A stretch of 62,538 nucleotides of DNA, the filler included, from Nemertoderma westbladi (taxonomy: Eukaryota > Animalia > Xenacoelomorpha), in assembly GCA_032718475.1 (NCBI GenBank). It is 3 parts of 3 records of this genome, joined end to end, with 100 filler letters (N's around TTAATTAATTAA, not from the genome) between each part and the next. Parts side by side here need not be neighbours in the genome. Positions count along the whole stretch, not along the records: positions 47,782 to 62,538 come from JAUCBJ010008491.1; 2 more parts are not named here. The stretch is one strand, 5' to 3'. Positions 51,271 to 62,538 of the stretch are shown piece by piece. The translations under genes were made by a program, and so were the position numbers. The notes below the pieces were generated by a model. It worked only from the letters and a program-made list of their open reading frames with translations. It did no database searches and was not told the DNA's origin. Numbering within the stretch: the first letter of the stretch is position 1; the number at the start of each line of letters is the position of its first letter.

Positions 51271-53168
51271 GTATGGCTGGCCGCGAGATCTGGAGGCGCT
51301 ATGTTGCTGGGTCCGCCGACACTGTGTATGGCTGGCCGCAAGATCTGGAGGCGCTATGTTGCTGGGTGCGCCAGCACTGTGTATGGCTGGCCGCGAGATC
51401 TGGGGGCGCTATGTTGCTGGGACCGCCGGCACTGTGTGTGGCTGACCGTGAGATCTGGGGGCGCTATGTTCAATTCAATTCAATTCAATATATATTTTCC
51501 AAATGCTTAACAAATGCTTAACAAATGATACAATAAATTGCACAATAATTACTGTACAATATATATTGTAAATACGTATTATAAAGTAAATTATAAAGTA
51601 AATGGGGGATTTAGCACAGGACAGGACACCAGCGAATAGCTGTAATAGCTAGTAGCGTGCTGGTGCCCTGGGGGGGGGGGGGGGGGGGGGGGGGGTACGT
51701 TACGTTTGCTACTAGTGTTACATGATATAATTTTAATATACATAGATATGAGTATTGAAATTTATATTTATTACTTCGTGCAACACCAATCGTAATACGT
51801 GGACGGACGCTACACTGCCGCCAAGGAAAAACAGGATTTGTATAATAAAACTAATTTAAATTTAAATACTGGATGATTTAATTTTTCGAAGTTGATAATA
51901 ATGGAGGAGAATATTGCAAGGTAATTCCAAATATCTATATAGTTTCAAGTAGATATCTCTTAAGATTTTTAGCAAATGTTGATTTGGTTTTCTTTTGTTT
52001 AATTATACGTGGGATAGAATTCCACACGGACGGGCCCCGAAAACTGATGGTTTGTTGCTGGGTCCGCCGGCACTGTGTATGGCTGACCGCGAGATCTGGG
52101 GGCACTATGTTGCTGGGACCACCGGCACTGTGTATGGCTGACCGTGAGATCTGGAGGCGCTATGTTGCTGGGTCCGCCGACACTGTGTATGGCTGGCCGC
52201 GAGATCTGGAGGCGCTATGTTGCTGGGTGCGCCGGCACTGTGTATGGCTGGCCGCGAGATCTGGGGGCGCTATGTTGCTGGGACCGCCGGCACTGTGTAT
52301 GGCTGACCGCGAGATCTGGGGGCACTATGTTGCTGGGACCACCGGCACTGTGTATGGCTGACCGTGAGATCTGGAGGCGCTATGTTGCTGGGACCACCGG
52401 CACTGTGTATGGCTGACCGTGAGATCTGGAGGCGCTATGTTGCTGGGTCCACCGACACTGTGTATGGCTGGCCGCGAGATCTGGAGGCGCTATGTTGCTG
52501 GGTGCGCCGGCACTGTGTATGGCTGGCCGCGAGATCTGGGGGCGCTATGTTGCTGGTACCGCCGGCACTGTGTGTGGCTGACCGTGAGATCTGGGGGCGC
52601 TATGTTGCTGGGTCCGCCGGCACTGTGTATGGCTGGCCGCGAGATCTGGAGGCGCTATGTTGCTGGGTGCGCCGACACTGTGTGTGGCTGACCGTGAGAT
52701 CTGGGGGCTGCTATGTTGCTGGGTCCGCCGGCACTGTGTGTGGCTGACCGCGAGATCTGGAGGCACTATGATGCTGGGTGCGCCGACACTGTGTGTGGCT
52801 GACCGTGAGATCTGGGGGCACTATGTTGCTGGGTGCGCCGACACTGTGTATGGCTGGCCGCGAGATCTGGAGGCGCTATGATGCTGGGTGCGCCGACACT
52901 GTGTGTGGCTGACCGTGAGATCTGGGGGCTGCTATGTTGCTGGGTCCGCCGGCACTGTGTATGGCTGGCCGCGAGATCTGGAGGCGCTATGATGCTGGGT
53001 GCGCCGACACTGTGTGTGGCTGACCGTGAGATCTGGGGGCACTATGTTGCTGGGTGCGCCGACACTGTGTATGGCTGGCCGCGAGATCTGGGGGCGCTAT
53101 GTTGCTGGGTCCGCCGGCACTGTGTGTGGCTGACCGCGAGATCTGGAGGCGCTATGTTGCTGGGACCG
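51271..53168. repeat. 55-bp GC-rich minisatellite interrupted by a LINE tail
   Basis: Unit GCGAGATCTGGAGGCGCTATGTTGCTGGGTCCGCCGACACTGTGTATGGCTGGCC. Confidence 0.93.
51471..52052 (-). mobile_element. 5'-truncated CR1/L2-type LINE 3' end
   Basis: Minus-strand SFRGPSVWNSIPRIIKQKKTKSTFAKNLKRYLLETI* (stop 51935-51937), then a 3'UTR and an (ATTGA)n tail. Confidence 0.75.
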
Positions 53169-53312
53169 CATGCACTGCACCAATACAATCCGATTACCAT
53201 GCATTCCTATATTATAACTTATTTTTCTGTACTAAATCTTCTAACTGTATTAAATATTTAAACTCTTACTCTTTAAACCTCTTACTGTTCGATTGTTTAA
53301 TAGTGTACTTAC

Positions 53313-53604
53313 TGACAGCCACATAATGGATAACATATTATCCTTATCTTCTAGTGGACATTTCATCGCCAATGATTCTCCAACATATGCATCCGTGACT
53401 GTAGCTTTTTCCTCCAGCTTTTCTATCTTAAATATATTGTAGGATATAATGTTGGAAAAGGAAATTCCATATTGATTCTCTGCTTTGCATTGGTATTCGG
53501 AGATTCCCTCTTTATTCTTATCTTCGTTCAACTTAAAATAATCACCGCCGCCGGTAGTAATATCTGTAGCCGACAATTCAACCCCATTCCTAAGTAAGGT
53601 CACA
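53313..53604 (-). CDS. Ig-superfamily cell-surface/secreted protein (L1CAM/neuroglian/contactin-like), exon 3
   Basis: ttttgtttcag|T GTG..TCA|gtaagt, 292 bp. VTLLRNGVEL..EYQCKAENQYGISFSN..VGESLAMKCP..SIMWLS covers the end of Ig1 and the start of Ig2. Confidence 0.85.
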
Positions 53605-56600
53605 CTGAAACAAAATAATACATCTTCAACAACCACCGAATATCCTAAGTAAGGTCACAATGAAATAAAATAATACATCTTCAACAACCACCGAATATCC
53701 TAAGTAAGGTCACACTGAAATAAAATAATACATCTTCAACAACCACCGAATATCCTAAGTAAGGTAACACTGAAATAAAATAATACAACTTCAACAACCA
53801 CCGAATATCCTAAGTAAGGTCACACTGAAACAAAATAATACATCTTCAACAACCACCGAATATCCTAAGTAAGGTCACACTGAAACAAAATAATACATCT
53901 TCAACAACCACCGAATATCCTAAGTAAGGTCACACTGAAATAAAATAATACATCTTCAACAACCAAAGAATATCCTAAGTAAGGTCACACTGAAATAAAA
54001 TAATACATCTTCAACAACCACCGAATATCCTAAGTAAGGTCACAATGAAATAAAATAATACATCTTCAACAACCAAAGAATATCCTAAGTAAGGTCACAA
54101 TGAAATAAAATAATACATCTTCAACAACCACCGAATATCCTAAGTAAGGTCACACTGAAATAAAATAATACATCTTCAACAACCACCGAATATCCTAAGT
54201 AAGGTCACAATGAAATAAAATAATACATCTTCAACAACCACCGAATATCCTAAGTAAGGTCACACTGAAACAAAATAATACATCTTCAACAACCACCGAA
54301 TATCCTAAGTAAGGTCACACTGAAATAAAATAATACATCTTCAACAACCAAAGAATATCCTAAGTAAGGTCACACTGAAATAAAATAATACATCTTCAAC
54401 AACCACCGAATATCCTAAGTAAGGTCACAATGAAATAAAATAATACATCTTCAACAACCAAAGAATATCCTAAGTAAGGTCACAATGAAATAAAATAATA
54501 CATCTTCAACAACCACCGAATATCCTAAGTAAGGTCACACTGAAATAAAATAATACATCTTCAACAACCACCGAATATCCTAAGTAAGGTCACAATGAAA
54601 TAAAATAATACATCTTCAACAACCAAAGAATATCCTAAGTAAGGTCACAATGAAATAAAATAATACATCTTCAACAACCACCGAATATCCTAAGTAAGGT
54701 CACAATGAAATAAAATAATACATCTTCAACAACCACCGAATATCCTAAGTAAGGTCACAATGAAATAAAATAATACATCTTCAACAACCACCGAATATCC
54801 TAAGTAAGGTCACACTGAAATAAAATAATACATCTTCAACAACCAAAGAATATCCTAAGTAAGGTCACACTGAAATAAAATAATACATCTTCAACAACCA
54901 CCGAATATCCTAAGTAAGGTCACAATGAAATAAAATAATACATCTTCAACAACCACCGAATATCCTAAGTAAGGTCACAATGAAATAAAATAATACATCT
55001 TCAACAACCAAAGAATATCCTAAGTAAGGTCACAATGAAATAAAATAATACATCTTCAACAACCACCGAATATCCTAAGTAAGGTCACACTGAAATAAAA
55101 TAATACATCTTCAACAACCACCGAATATCCTAAGTAAGGTCACAATGAAATAAAATAATACATCTTCAACAACCAAAGAATATCCTAAGTAAGGTCACAA
55201 TGAAATAAAATAATACATCTTCAACAACCACCGAATATCCTAAGTAAGGTCACAATGAAATAAAATAATACATCTTCAACAACCACCGAATATCCTAAGT
55301 AAGGTCACAATGAAATAAAATAATACATCTTCAACAACCACCGAATATCCTAAGTAAGGTCACACTGAAATAAAATAATACATCTTCAACAACCACCGAA
55401 TATCCTAAGTAAGGTCACACTGAAATAAAATAATACATCTTCAACAACCAAAGAATATCCTAAGTAAGGTCACAATGAAATAAAATAATACATCTTCAAC
55501 AACCAAAGAATATCCTAAGTAAGGTCACACTGAAATAAAATAATACATCTTCAACAACCACCGAATATCCTAAGTAAGGTCACACTGAAATAAAATAATA
55601 CATCTTCAACAACCACCGAATATCCTAAGTAAGGTCACAATGAAATAAAATAATACATCTTCAACAACCACCGAATATCCTAAGTAAGGTCACAATGAAA
55701 TAAAATAATACATCTTCAACAACCAAAGAATATCCTAAGTAAGGTCACACTGAAATAAAATAATACATCTTCAACAACCACCGAATATCCTAAGTAAGGT
55801 CACAATGAAATAAAATAATACATCTTCAACAACCACCGAATATCCTAAGTAAGGTCACAATGAAATAAAATAATACATCTTCAACATCCAAAGAATATCC
55901 TAAGTAAGGTCACACTGAAATAAAATAATACATCTTCAACAACCACCGAATATCCTAAGTAAGGTCACAATGAAATAAAATAATACATCTTCAACAACCA
56001 AAGAATATCCTAAGTAAGGTCACACTGAAATAAAATAATACATCTTCAACAACCACCGAATATCCTAAGTAAGGTCACACTGAAATAAAATAATACATCT
56101 TCAACAACCAAAGAATATCCTAAGTAAGGTCACAATGAAATAAAATAATACATCTTCAACAACCAAAGAATATCCTAAGTAAGGTCACACTGAAATAAAA
56201 TAATACATCTTCAACAACCACCGAATATCCTAAGTAAGGTCACACTGAAATAAAATAATACATCTTCAACAACCACCGAATATCCTAAGTAAGGTCACAA
56301 TGAAATAAAATAATACATCTTCAACAACCAAAGAATATCCTAAGTAAGGTCACACTGAAATAAAATAATACATCTTCAACAACCACCGAATATCCTAAGT
56401 AAGGTCACACTGAAATAAAATAATACATCTTCAACAACCACCGAATATCCTAAGTAAGGTCACAATGAAATAAAATAATACATCTTCAACAACCACCGAA
56501 TATCCTAAGTAAGGTCACAATGAAATAAAATAATACATCTTCAACAACCAAAGAATATCCTAAGTAAGGTCACACTGAAATAAAATAATACATCTTCAAC

Positions 56601-58822
56601 AACCACCGAATATCCTAAGTAAGGTCACAATGAAATAAAATAATACATCTTCAACAACCAAAGAATATCCTAAGTAAGGTCACACTGAAATAAAATAATA
56701 CATCTTCAACAACCACCGAATATCCTAAGTAAGGTCACACTGAAATAAAATAATACATCTTCAACAACCAAAGAATATCCTAAGTAAGGTCACAATGAAA
56801 TAAAATAATACATCTTCAACAACCACCGAATATCCTAAGTAAGGTCACAATGAAATAAAATAATAGATCTTCAACAACCACCGAATATCCTAAGTAAGGT
56901 CACAATGAAATAAAATAATACATCTTCAACAACCACCGAATATCCTAAGTAAGGTCACACTGAAATAAAATAATACATCTTCAACAACCAAAGAATATCC
57001 TAAGTAAGGTCACACTGAAATAAAATAATACATCTTCAACAACCACCGAATATCCTAAGTAAGGTCACACTGAAATAAAATAATACATCTTCAACAACCA
57101 CCGAATATCCTAAGTAAGGTCACACTGAAATAAAATAATACATCTTCAACAACCACCGAATATCCTAAGTAAGGTCACAATGAAATAAAATAATAGATCT
57201 TCAACAACCACCGAATATCCTAAGTAAGGTCACAATGAAATAAAATAATACATCTTCAACAACCACCGAATATCCTAAGTAAGGTCACACTGAAATAAAA
57301 TAATACATCTTCAACAACCAAAGAATATCCTAAGTAAGGTCACACTGAAATAAAATAATACATCTTCAACAACCACCGAATATCCTAAGTAAGGTCACAC
57401 TGAAATAAAATAATACATCTTCAACAACCACCGAATATCCTAAGTAAGGTCACACTGAAATAAAATAATACATCTTCAACAACCAAAGAATATCCTAAGT
57501 AAGGTCACAATGAAATAAAATAATACATCTTCAACAACCACCGAATATCCTAAGTAAGGTCACAATGAAATAAAATAATACATCTTCAACAACCACCGAA
57601 TATCCTAAGTAAGGTCACAATGAAATAAAATAATAGATCTTCAACAACCAAAGAATATCCTAAGTAAGGTCACACTGAAATAAAATAATACATCTTCAAC
57701 AACCACCGAATATCCTAAGTAAGGTCACACTGAAATAAAATAATACATCTTCAACAACCACCGAATATCCTAAGTAAGGTCACAATGAAATAAAATAATA
57801 GATCTTCAACAACCACCGAATATCCTAAGTAAGGTCACAATGAAATAAAATAATAGATCTTCAACAACCAAAGAATATCCTAAGTAAGGTCACACTGAAA
57901 TAAAATAATACATCTTCAACAACCACCGAATATCCTAAGTAAGGTCACAATGAAATAAAATAATAGATCTTCAACAACCACCGAATATCCTAAGTAAGGT
58001 CACAATGAAATAAAATAATAGATCTTCAACAACCAAAGAATATCCTAAGTAAGGTCACACTGAAATAAAATAATACATCTTCAACAACCACCGAATATCC
58101 TAAGTAAGGTCACAATGAAATAAAATAATAGATCTTCAACAACCACCGAATATCCTAAGTAAGGTCACAATGAAATAAAATAATACATCTTCAACAACCA
58201 CCGAATATCCTAAGTAAGGTCACACTGAAATAAAATAATACATCTTCAACAACCACCGAATATCCTAAGTAAGGTCACACTGAAATAAAATAATACATCT
58301 TCAACAACCAAAGAATATCCTAAGTAAGGTCACAATGAAATAAAATAATACATCTTCAACAACCACCGAATATCCTAAGTAAGGTCACAATGAAATAAAA
58401 TAATAGATCTTCAACAACCACCGAATATCCTAAGTAAGGTCACAATGAAATAAAATAATACATCTTCAACAACCACCGAATATCCTAAGTAAGGTCACAC
58501 TGAAATAAAATAATACATCTTCAACAACCAAAGAATATCCTAAGTAAGGTCACACTGAAATAAAATAATACATCTTCAACAACCAAAGAATATCCTAAGT
58601 AAGGTCACACTGAAATAAAATAATACATCTTCAACAACCACCGAATATCCTAAGTAAGGTCACACTGAAATAAAATAATACATCTTCAACAACCACCGAA
58701 TATCCTAAGTAAGGTCACACTGAAATAAAATAATACATCTTCAACAACCAAAGAATATCCTAAGTAAGGTCACAATGAAATAAAATAATACATCTTTAAC
58801 AACCAAAAAATATCCTAAGTAA
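53588..58822 (-). repeat. 55-bp tandem array made of the exon-3 splice-acceptor junction, ~95 copies
   Basis: Minus-strand unit tattcggtggttgttgaagatgtattattttatttcAG|TGTGACCTTACTTAGGA: 38 intron nt plus 17 exon nt. The last unit is the real acceptor. Confidence 0.95.
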
Positions 58823-58829
58823 TCTAAGA

Positions 58830-60170
58830 TCTCGATTGCTGCAAAGCTATACAATAGAATTCTATTAAATCGCATCAGGGATCCCATTGAGAGACTGCTC
58901 CGTGGAAATCAGAATGGGTTCCGTAAAGGTCGTGGGACCATGGAGCCCATTTTGGCACTTAGAAGGATAATTGAAGAGTTATCAAAAAAGAAAGACAGGC
59001 ATCTGGCTGTTATCTTTGTTGACTTCTTCAAGGCCTTTGATTCAATCTCTCGCTCACGTATGTTCAGCATACTTTCATTATATTGGATTCCTGATGAAAT
59101 TATTGCAGCAATAAGATCAGTATACGATGGTTCGACAACATTTGTGTCTACTGTTGACGGTGACACAGAACCATTTGAAGTGTCATGGGGCGTCCTCCAG
59201 GGAGACACACTTGCACCATTCTTGTTCATAATTGTTGTTGACTATGTTTTACGCATGTCCTTAGATCATCATAATGATGATGGGGTGATGATAACTTCAC
59301 CATCTGGCTCCAGAAGTCGAGGAAATCCTGCCAAGTACCTAACTGATCTAGACTTTGCTGATGACTTAGGAGTACTCTCAGAATCACTAGAGGGAGCCCA
59401 ACGGCTCCTCAGTTCATTAGAGCATGCTGCTTCTAGTGTTGTTCTTTTTATTAACTCCAGAAAGACCAAAATTTTGACAGTTAACTTTGAAAGTCCTCAG
59501 CAAGTCTCTGATCGGATGAGCATAAGCTCAAAAGATGGTATGCTTGAGCATGTGGATGACTTCTGTTACCTGGGATCATGGATCCGGAAGTCAGGTGAGG
59601 ACCTTCGAATACGTAAGGGGAAGGCATGGGCAGCCTTGAATAGGCTTTCCAGGATTTGGAAGTCACCGAGAATTAATCGGAAACTTAAGGTCCGATTATT
59701 TAGAGCAGCAGTAGTTCCAGTACTCCTCTATGGGATTCCATGCTGGGCTCTAACTGCTGAGGACACCAAATCTCTGGATGGCACATTCACAAAAATGCTA
59801 CGCCGGGTTCATTGTGTCAAGTACAATGCACACATCTCCAACCAGACACTATATAACATTGGAGGTGTCTCATTGGTTCCCCCTAGCTTGACTCTAGAAC
59901 AAAATCGCCTCCGCTTTGCAGGACATTGCTTTCGCCGTGAGGACCAGCCAGTGCATAATCTTGTACTTTGGCAGCCTCATGGAGTGAATAAGCATGGTGG
60001 ACAGCCCATGACTTTCTTGAGACGCATCTTAAAGGACACTGGCCTTGAAGATGCGGATGATCTAGCAAATGCCATGGGTGATAGGGAGTTGTGGCGGTGC
60101 AATTTTGTCGATAAGCCGGCACAGCATTCTTAAAAATGCAGCTGCAATGCAGCATGCCGATCCTAGTAGT
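58830..60170 (+). mobile_element. 5'-truncated RTE-clade LINE with an uninterrupted RT reading frame
   Basis: SIAAKLYNRILLNRI..QNGFRKGR, FVDFFKAFDSI, GVLQGDTLAPFLF, LDFADD, FCYLGSW, RLRFAGHC. Stop at 60133, short 3'UTR and TAGTAGT tail. No TSD. Confidence 0.95.
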
Positions 60171-60552
60171 GACTCACTTGCTACGTTCGTTGCTGTTGTA
60201 GAGTAAGCTCAGGGCTCTGTGGCAACCCTAGAGTGCAGTGCTTCCTACGTTCGGTGTGGTTGTAGAGTAAGCTCAGGGCTCTGTTGCAACCCTAGAGTGT
60301 AGTAGTGACTCACTTGCTACGTTCGGTGCGGTTGTAGAGTAAGCTCAGGGCCTTGTTGCAACCCTAGAGTGCAGTAGTGACTCACTTGCTACGTTCGATG
60401 CGGTTGTAGAGTAAGCTCAGGGCTCTGTTGCAACCCTAGAGTGCAGTAGTGACTCACTTGCTACGTTCAGTGCGGTTGTAGAGTAAGCTCAGGGCGTTGT
60501 TGCGACCCTAGAGTGCAGTAGTGACTCACTTGCTACTTTCGGTGCGGTTGTA
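60165..60552 (-). repeat. 72-bp tandem array made of the exon-2 splice-donor junction, ~5 copies
   Basis: Minus-strand unit TACAACCGCACCGAA(A/C)GTAGCAA|GTGAGTcactactgcactctaggg..cttactc: 23 exon nt plus 49 intron nt. Confidence 0.92.
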
Positions 60553-60659
60553 ATCACACCCGACTCTTTCTTTCATTGTTATTTTATATTCATTATTGTA
60601 TATGAGAGCCGATGACCTCCAGTGATCCGGTACGATTGATACTTTCACTGGCGCCTCTC
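60530..60659 (-). CDS. Ig-superfamily protein, exon 2
   Basis: ttttctttccag|GA..AA|gtgagt, 130 bp. EAPVKVSIVPDHW..ERVGCDYNRTESS. Phase 1/2 joins exon 1 and exon 3 in frame and supplies the Ig1 B-strand Cys. Confidence 0.82.
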
Positions 60660-61026
60660 CTGGAAAGAAAATATAATAAAATTAATAATGAAATAGGTCG
60701 AACATCTAACAACTGACAATGTACATAGGCCTCCCTATATATATCGTATCTGCATAAAAAATATATATAATAAACATCCCAAAGTGTTTATAATTGCAAC
60801 TAAATGGGTTTGCCATTATTGATACAATACAGCAGCCATCATTAATCGATCATGTAACTGTAAGTAGCTGTAATTAACAATTATTAAATTGGCATATTCG
60901 ATTGTGTCTCTATTCAGTGGTTGTGACTGACTGACTGACTGACTGACACCACATTGGTTAGTATAACAGCAGACATTCTAGACAACAGTACAAATATAAT
61001 TGTTTCTAGAACTTGAATTAACTTAC

Positions 61027-61144
61027 CTTCTAACTTTATAGACGAACCATCTCTATAATTAATGATAAACGATTCGCTTACAATAAAGCCCAAGTTCAAA
61101 ATAACAACTGCAACGATACAAATACACTTACAGATTAATCTCAT
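61027..61144 (-). CDS. Ig-superfamily protein, exon 1 (signal peptide)
   Basis: MRLICKCICIVAVVILNLGFIVSESFIINYRDGSSIKLE G|gtaagt, a hydrophobic leader with a phase-1 donor. An alternative in-frame ATG lies at 61165. Confidence 0.8.
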
Positions 61145-61566
61145 CTTCCAATAATTCTCAAACATCTCGGGCGTAGGCCTATCGCTATTTGTATTCAATC
61201 AGTTGAAGAACACGGTTAGAAGGCAAACAGATTAACTTAAACTTTGGTATAGACCCCACGTTGGTATTTGGTACGTTGATAATGACAACAAATTATGGTG
61301 GACTTTATTTAAATGTTATTTTTTAATTAGTTTGGCTTTTCTTGATGCCATAAAAAATTACGGTGCAATAAATAGTTTATAATCACCAGTGAACATTTCA
61401 AAACACCAGAACCAGAAAACACAACCATTAGACTTCTAACGGACTTCTAACTGCATGTATGTGATTTTCAACAAAATTACGCTTCAACAACACCATGACT
61501 TTCGCAAGAAAGGCCAGTGTCCTTTAAGAAGCTTCTCAAGAAAGTGAATAAGTTCTAAATAAGCAA

Positions 61567-62325
61567 TTAAATCGTATCAGAGATCCCATTGAGAGACTGC
61601 TCCGTGGAAATCAGAATGGGTTCCGTAAAGGTCGGGGGACCATGGAGCCCATTTTGGCACTTAGACGGATAATTGAAGAGTTATCAAAAAAGAAAGACAG
61701 GCATCTGGCTGTATCTTTGTTGACCTCTTCAAGGTCTTTGATTCAGTCTCTCGCTCACGTATGTGCAGCATACTTTCATTATATGGGATTCCTGATGAAA
61801 TTATTGCAGCAATCAGATCAGTATACGATGGTTCGACAACATTTGTGTCTACTGTTGACGGTGACACAGAACCATTTGAAGTGTTATGGGGCGTCCTCCA
61901 GGGAGACACACTTGCACCATTCTTGTTCATAATTGTGGCATACTCCTCCTATACGGGAGCCAATGATGGGCTGCTTGATGATTCCATGGCCTGGTTCACT
62001 GTGTCAAGTACAATGCACACATCTACAACCAGCCACTATATAGTATTGGATGTATCCAATTATTGATCCCCTAAGCTTGAGACTTGAACAGAACCGCCTC
62101 CGCTTTGCAGGATAATTATTTCGCCGCGTGGAACAGCTTGTGCACAATCTTATGCTTTTTCAGGCTCATTGAGACAATAAGATGGTGGATCTGGATAGAC
62201 CCCGATTTTCTTTAGACGCCTCCTCTTAAAGGACCACTGGCTTTGAAGATGGGGATAATCTCGCGAATGTGAAGGGGGATAATAGTGAGTTGTGGCGGCG
62301 CAAATCTGTCGACAAGCCGACATAG
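61567..62325 (+). mobile_element. Degraded, internally deleted copy of the same RTE family
   Basis: Close match to 58866-59236, then jumps to sequence resembling 59790-60120. Frameshifts and stops present. Confidence 0.9.
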
Positions 62326-62538
62326 GTGTCAGAATTTTTTTTTTGTCAAACTATTTTTATTTCGTAATAAATATATACTTACATTTTAGGTGCAGCATTA
62401 TTTGTTTAATTACTCAAAATTCTATCGCCCTACCCTTGTTTTGAAGGTGTCAACACTCACTAAGTCGATAATTGAGTTTCAAATTAGGATAATGTCAGTG
62501 CATTAAGGGGCATCTAAGGTTGGACATTAGCAAAATGC

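Noticed and set aside
51169-53261. Cys/Trp-rich repetitive ORFs
   Set aside because: Translations of the 55-bp GC minisatellite with no consistent frame.
47782-60552. Hammerhead ribozyme or retrozyme in the tandem arrays
   Set aside because: No CTGANGA...GAAA core seen by eye in the repeat units on either strand. An Infernal/Rfam scan would be decisive.

Overview
AT-rich, repeat-dense animal (probably invertebrate) nuclear DNA. It consists of three contigs joined by two artificial 100-bp N gaps carrying a TTAATTAATTAA linker (21962-22061, 47682-47781). Contig 1 is mostly decayed transposons (hAT, piggyBac, Gypsy, LINE, a CRE-like element with a SAP domain, Helentron/HINE-like repeats) and minisatellites. 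Contig 2 holds four minus-strand exons of a ZRSR2-like splicing factor that the ORF track misses. Its introns contain intronless genes: an LRR protein, MRPS18C and, by inference, FUT8. Contig 3 holds the first three exons of a signal-peptide/Ig-domain (L1CAM/neuroglian-like) gene. The main signal is that three tandem arrays are amplified copies of real exon-intron junctions. In the Ig gene one intron is built almost entirely from about 5 copies of its own donor junction, an RTE LINE fragment, and about 95 copies of its own acceptor junction. In ZRSR2 one intron is filled with about 60 units of a repeat made from its donor junction. All exon models were built by hand and need RNA-seq confirmation.
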